Source: Vulcanimicrobiota bacterium
GTDB taxonomy: Bacteria > Vulcanimicrobiota > Vulcanimicrobiia > Vulcanimicrobiales > Vulcanimicrobiaceae
DNA: 64,000 nt
Reading direction: 5' to 3'
NCBI GenBank assembly: GCA_963714015.1
Contig: OY970223.1
Coordinates: forward strand, 1,920,001 to 1,984,000
Position 1 is the stretch's first letter. Every line of letters starts with the position of its first letter. Of this stretch, positions 61,354-64,000 are shown in pieces. The notes under the pieces are model-generated. The model saw only the letters and a program-made list of their open reading frames with translations, was not told the DNA's origin and ran no database searches. A program made the position numbers and the translations under genes.

Positions 61354-62018
61354 TCTTCAAGCTCTTCAAGCCCGCGCCGAAGAAGCCGGCCGTTGCCGAA
61401 GAGAAGCTGCCGGTGCTGAACTCGTTCGTCGACGTGACGATCCCCGGGCGAGCCACGCGCTCGGTCCCCATCGAAGGCGTGAGCGGGCGGGAGATCGTCG
61501 TTCGGGACGTCGTCGGCCGAGCGGGGGACCGGGCCTCGTTCGTTTACGAAACTCCGGCCGGGAGGTTTCGCTTCGGCGCCACGCTGATTGCGCTCCGCAA
61601 TGGAATGAGCGTTTTCGGAATGCCGGCGCGTATCGAAACGGTCGCCGGCGGAGCGCAAAAACGCTCCAGCGTTCGCATGGACGTTCTGATAACCGGCGGC
61701 TGGCGCTTTGCGCCCGGCGGAGTGCCCGTCGGCGACTTTTTGCGTGCCAACATCCGCGACATCAGCCGCGGCGGATGTGCGCTCATCATCGATCGCCAGT
61801 GTAAAGTCGGACAGATGCTCGAAGTGCGAGTCAATCTGCGGGGCAATACGCCGCCTCTGACGGTGCTGGCCGAGGTGAAGCGTTCGAAGCAGATTCCGAC
61901 ATCCGGCAAGTTTTCGCACGGTTTACGGTTCCACGGGCTGCGTCCCGACGAAGATCAGACTATCCTGGAATTCATCAATACGAAAACGGCCGAACTGCGG
62001 AACCGAGGTCTAGCGTGA
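61350..62018 (+). CDS. PilZ-domain (YcgR-like) c-di-GMP effector
   Basis: RSSVR (RxxxR) and DISRGG motifs. Confidence 0.85.
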   Translation: MIFKLFKPAPKKPAVAEEKLPVLNSFVDVTIPGRATRSVPIEGVSGREIVVRDVVGRAGDRASFVYETPAGRFRFGATLIALRNGMSVFGMPARIETVAGGAQKRSSVRMDVLITGGWRFAPGGVPVGDFLRANIRDISRGGCALIIDRQCKVGQMLEVRVNLRGNTPPLTVLAEVKRSKQIPTSGKFSHGLRFHGLRPDEDQTILEFINTKTAELRNRGLA

Positions 62019-62106
62019 GCCCGGAGCGCCCGCCGGCTCCTAATGAAAATCGCCCCTCCGGCCGATTCCACACAAGAGACCTTTCTAAGAACTTTGGGAG
62101 CGCGTA

Positions 62107-62469
62107 ATGAGCAAGCGGGTCCTGATCGTCGATGACGCCGTCGTCATGCGAATGATGATCAAAGGGATACTGAGCAAGAACGGATTCGACGTCGTCGGTG
62201 AAGCCCAGAACGGGCTTGAGGCCGTCGACAAGTACAAGGCGCTGAATCCGGATCTCGTCACAATGGACATGGTCATGCCCGAGATGGACGGAATTAGCGC
62301 CGTCCGGCAGATCATCAGTCACGATCCGGGTGCAAAGATCATTATGTGCACCTCGATGGGACAGCAGGCTTTGGTCGTCGAGGCTATTCAAGCCGGCGCC
62401 AAGTCATTCATCACCAAGCCGTTCCAACCGCCGAAAATCCTCGAAACCATCAACAAGGTGCTCGCGTGA
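62107..62469 (+). CDS. cheY: Chemotaxis response regulator
   Basis: Single receiver domain before cheC and cheA. Confidence 0.9.
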   Translation: MSKRVLIVDDAVVMRMMIKGILSKNGFDVVGEAQNGLEAVDKYKALNPDLVTMDMVMPEMDGISAVRQIISHDPGAKIIMCTSMGQQALVVEAIQAGAKSFITKPFQPPKILETINKVLA

Positions 62470-63077
62470 GTACGCAAACTCTGAATCTCAACGAACTGCA
62501 GAAAGACGCGCTGAAAGAGGTCGGGAACATCGGTGCGGGTCACGCAGCGACCGCGCTCTCGCAGCTGCTCAACGCAAAGATCAACCTGAGCGAACCGCGC
62601 ATCGACGTTATTAAGTTTCGCGATCTCGCCACGCGCGTCGGCCACGAGAACCGCATGGTTGCCGCACTGCACATGTATATCCGCGGCGAAGCGCCCGGAC
62701 AAATCGTCGTTCTATTCGATCGGGAACAGGCGCTGGACTTCGTCGCGACGTTCCTCAAGCGCGTCATCGGCGACATCCAGATCTTCGACTCGATCTCCGA
62801 TTCGACGCTCAAAGAGATCGGCAACATCATCGCCGGCTCGTATCTGTCGGCAATCAACAATCTGACGGGACAGAACGTTCTGCCTTCGGTTCCGACGCTC
62901 TCGTACGGCACGATTCAGGCAGCCTTCCGGACCCTGATGTCGATTCTTCCCGATCAGGACGTGTTCTTGATCGAGAGCAGCTTCCTCGACAAAGAGAAAG
63001 AAGTCTCGGGCCAGTTCATCCTGATCCCCGAAACCGGTTCGCTCGGACCGTTGCTCGCCGTCTTCGGAGTCGAGTGA
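62466..63077 (+). CDS. cheC: Chemotaxis phosphatase
   Basis: DALKEVGNIGAGHAATALS and STLKEIGNI. GTG overlaps the cheY stop. Confidence 0.93.
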   Translation: MSTQTLNLNELQKDALKEVGNIGAGHAATALSQLLNAKINLSEPRIDVIKFRDLATRVGHENRMVAALHMYIRGEAPGQIVVLFDREQALDFVATFLKRVIGDIQIFDSISDSTLKEIGNIIAGSYLSAINNLTGQNVLPSVPTLSYGTIQAAFRTLMSILPDQDVFLIESSFLDKEKEVSGQFILIPETGSLGPLLAVFGVE

Positions 63078-63104
63078 GCGCGCCGCCGAGGCGGCTTAGG
63101 TCTC

Positions 63105-64000
63105 ATGTCCGACGATTTATTCGATAGAAGCGAGTTCGTCTCGTACTTCCGCGACGAAGCGGAGGAACTGCTCCAGCAAATCGACGCCGATCTGCTTCAG
63201 CTCGAGGACTACGTCGCGTCCGGACGGGCAGACGACGAACTGGTCAACTCGCTCTTCCGCGCGCTGCATACGATCAAAGGCAGCTCCGGCATGCTGCAGT
63301 TCACCGACGTTCAAGCCTTGGCGCACAAGTTGGAGAACCTGTGCGATCTGCTGCGCAAGGAGCGCATGCCGCTCTCGGAGAGCTGCGTCGACATCCTCTT
63401 TGCAGGACGAGATTTTCTAACGGATCTTATCGAGTCGGCGATCGGCGCGAAAGAGCAGCCGTCGGGGCTCGGCGAATATTCGTCGCGGCTCGATTCATTC
63501 GTCGCGATCTACGAAGAGACCGCGAACGTCATCGAAGGCAAGTCCGCCGAATTGGTGTTTGCAGAAGCGGCCGCCGGAGAGCATGGGGGCCGGCGAACAG
63601 CAAGTCGCGGCGTTCGAAGCGGAGGTTGCGCGCATGCTCGAGCAGGCGCAGCTCGCCAAAGAATCCGCTCCGGCGCAGGTCGACAGCGCAGAAGCGCTCG
63701 ACGCCCTGACGCAGGAAGCCCTTTCCGGTTTGGTGAGCGCGCAAATCGAATTGCAGGCGGATCCGGCCAAAGCCGACGTCCCTCCCCCGCCGCCCGAAGT
63801 CGAAATGCCGGCAGCACCGAAAGCCAAAGATAGTAAAGACGGCAAGGAGCGCCGGGGCGCCGCGCATCAAACGATTCGCGTCGACATCGAGCGTCTGGAT
63901 CTGCTGCTCAATCTCGTCGGCGAACTCGTGATCAACCGCACGCGGATTTCGGATATCGCCGGCACGCTGGAGCGATCGCTCACCGGCAAGAACGGCGCAG
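63105..64000 (+). CDS. cheA: Chemotaxis histidine kinase (partial, frameshift near 63585)
   Basis: Hpt FRALHTIKG. TIRVDIERLDLLLNLVGELVINR in another frame at the window end. Confidence 0.93.

Noticed and set aside
9353..63600. About eleven frameshifts (GGR, FliK-like start, S9 peptidase, kinase, GH125 x2, fliF, fliI, PQQ protein, flhA, cheA) as pseudogenes or programmed recoding
   Set aside because: They are scattered small indels with no in-frame stops or other decay, typical of long-read consensus error. Read polishing would settle it.

Overview
High-GC bacterial chromosomal window. The gene content suggests Candidatus Eremiobacterota/Vulcanimicrobiota, but that is an unverified guess. It is dominated by a Firmicutes-style flagellar/chemotaxis gene set (cheR-cheB-fliA; fliFGHIJ-ylxF; fliK-flgD-TIGR02530-flgE-flbD-motAB-fliMNOPQR; flhBA-PilZ-cheY-cheC-cheA). 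Housekeeping genes are interleaved (rplJL, ftsY, recA-recX, hpt, purA, trpEG, DAHP synthase, ppa-hppA), along with secreted peptidases and two cyclase-STAND-TPR paralogs. About eleven frameshifts, several in core flagellar genes, look like assembly indels. No transposase, rRNA, tRNA or CRISPR array was seen. The most interesting signals are non-coding. (1) A dispersed two-hairpin element with compensatory changes (5 copies) lies between an upstream initiation signal and the start codons of rplJ, fliG, fliH and flbD. (2) Two unannotated, apparently leaderless leader-peptide attenuators occur: Met/Cys-rich before a cystathionine gamma-synthase/lyase, and YSYWWY before DAHP synthase. (3) A ~160-nt multibranch fold with an alternative pairing lies between fliP and fliQ. 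(4) A twin GGACC hairpin lies between the TIGR02530-like gene and flgE.
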